DNA of 64,000 nucleotides from Pseudovirgaria hyperparasitica (Eukaryota): NCBI GenBank assembly GCA_010093815.1, contig ML996569.1; one strand, 5' to 3'. Shown piece by piece: positions 62,334 to 64,000 of this stretch (position 1 is its first letter; each line of letters starts with the position of its first letter). The notes under the pieces were generated by a model. It saw only the letters and a program-made list of their open reading frames with translations, ran no database searches and was not told where the DNA came from. The position numbers and the translations under genes were made by a program.

Positions 62334-63992
62334 ATGGCCAGCAACAGCTTTCTCGCCATTGTTTCACTTATCCTCAGCGTGGGAATTACCAGATATAATT
62401 CGCAGACCACTTTCCGATGGTCGACACTATGGGTGTTTCTAGTGACATACGCTCTTTTGAGCGGATCGAGATGGCTGTATAGGGTCGTAATCTACCCGCT
62501 ATTCCTAAGTCCGCTCAGGAATCTGCCCTCGCCTCCTGTAGGTATTTCCACCCGGATGCTGACCAGAAAAATAACAGTGTTTTAGGGAGCACACCCCCTT
62601 ATGGGACATGCTTTACAACTACTGCCCCATCCCTTGGGTCTACCATTCATCAAATGGATGGAAAGCATTCCAAATGATGGCCTCTTGTACTATAAGATGG
62701 CCTGGAACACGCCTCGGATCATGACGACATCTGTAAAAGCCGCGAGTGAGGTACAGACCACGAAATCCTACGATTTCATCCGGCCGCAAAACTCTCGAGA
62801 TTTCTTGGCGCCTATACTGGGCATAGGAGTGCTTCTCGCAGAAGGAGAGGAGCACAAGCGTCAGCGGAAGGCTTTGATGCCCGCGTTTCATTACCGGCAT
62901 ATCAAGGATCTCTATCCAGTGTTCTGGGAGCATTCGAAAAGGATGGCGGATGCTATGGCCATTGACATGAAAGAGTCCCAGAGCAAGGTCTTGGTTTCAG
63001 ACTGGGTGACTCGCGCAACTCTCGACATCATTGGCGCTGCAGGATTTGGTCAGAGCTTCAATGCAATCGACGAACCACAAGGCGAACTCCATCAAGTATA
63101 CAAGAATGTGTTCTCCCCAAAGCCAATGTCAGTACAGCTTCACCATATCCGTCAGTTTATCCCCACAAACCTGCTTCGAATGCTGCCTATGAAACGCAAC
63201 ACCGATACCGCTGCTGCGATTCGTGTGATTCGAAGAACCGCACGCAATATCATCCGCTCAAAGCAGATTAAGCTGGGGGACAAAGAGCAGCCTGGCAACG
63301 ACATCATATCGGTCGCTCTTGACTCGGGTGGTTTCAGCGAAGAAGATCTCGTCAATCAACTCATGACTTTCCTTGCAGCTGGTCACGAGACAACCGCAAC
63401 TGCCATGATGTTCGCGACGTGGCTCCTATGTCGACATCCGAATGTGCAACAACGTCTCAGGGATGAAATTCGTGAAAAGATCCCATCTTCGCTTCTCCAG
63501 GACACAAGCAAGGCTACTGCCACGGTGTTCGACAACATGCCGTATCTCAATGCCGTCTGCAACGAGGTACTACGCATATATCCGCCCGTACCTTTTGCCA
63601 TGCGCGAAACTACAAAAGATACAACTATCGCCGGGTCGTTTATCCCCAAGGGTGTTGTGATTATCCTGCCCATCTGGGCCTTCAACCAGAACAAAGAGCT
63701 CTGGGGCCAAGACGCAGGAGATTTCAACCCCGACCGATGGATGGCCGCTGGACAAGCGAATAGCGGTGGTGCAGAGAGTAACTATGCATCTATGACATTT
63801 TTGCACGGGCCACGGAGCTGCATCGGACAAGCGTTTGCAAAGGCCGAGTTTCAGTGTCTGCTGGCGAGCCTTGTTGGTAGATTCGACATGCTGCCTGTGC
63901 CTGGCGATGACACTTTGCAGATTATAGCAGAGTTGACAAATAAGCCAAAGGGTGGGACATGGGCTCTTCTGACCGAGCTGAAGGGGTGGTGA
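62334..63992 (+). CDS. Cytochrome P450
   Basis: N-terminal TM exon, intron at about 62538-62585, AAGHETT, EVLR, FNPDRW and FLHGPRSCIG. Confidence 0.95.
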
Positions 63993-64000
63993 GATGCCTG

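Noticed and set aside
52992..63992. Possible secondary-metabolite cluster (two P450s, DUF1772 protein, sulfotransferase-like gene)
   Set aside because: No backbone enzyme (PKS, NRPS or terpene synthase) in the window and unrelated genes are interspersed; a cluster continuing to the right cannot be excluded.
1..64000. Apparent frameshifts/fragmented ORFs suggesting pseudogenes, and alternative GTG/TTG starts in the ORF track
   Set aside because: The breaks I examined coincide with canonical GT-AG introns that restore conserved motifs, and eukaryotic ATG starts were used instead.

Overview
Intron-containing filamentous-ascomycete genomic DNA (short 45-65 nt GT-AG introns, CTAAC/CTGAC branch sites) with about 25 protein-coding genes. 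I recognised no RNA genes, CRISPR arrays or intact transposons. The left 37.6 kb reads like a candidate fungal antiviral/immune island centred on a viperin (RSAD2) gene. Viperin is head-to-head with a UMP/CMP-kinase-like gene. It is flanked by an AAA_28 P-loop kinase, a kinase-HAD-uracil PRTase triple fusion and a MazG-like NTP pyrophosphatase, together a plausible module for making and turning over ddh-nucleotides. The surrounding genes encode a ZNFX1-like helicase fused to CbbX-type AAA+ domains, a DXO/Rai1-like nuclease, an OTT_1508-like deaminase, a 3CxxC (RTP-like) zinc protein, an FtsJ-like methyltransferase, an IFI6/IFI27-like membrane protein and a ~3,130-aa DUF3638-type helicase-like protein. 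Several of these families contain interferon-stimulated genes in animals. A hydrolase-NACHT-WD40 NLR and a HET-domain gene lie just to the right, among ordinary metabolic genes (fructosamine kinase, MFS transporter, GH27, two P450s). All family calls are from motif recognition by eye, with no database search; gene models were spliced manually.
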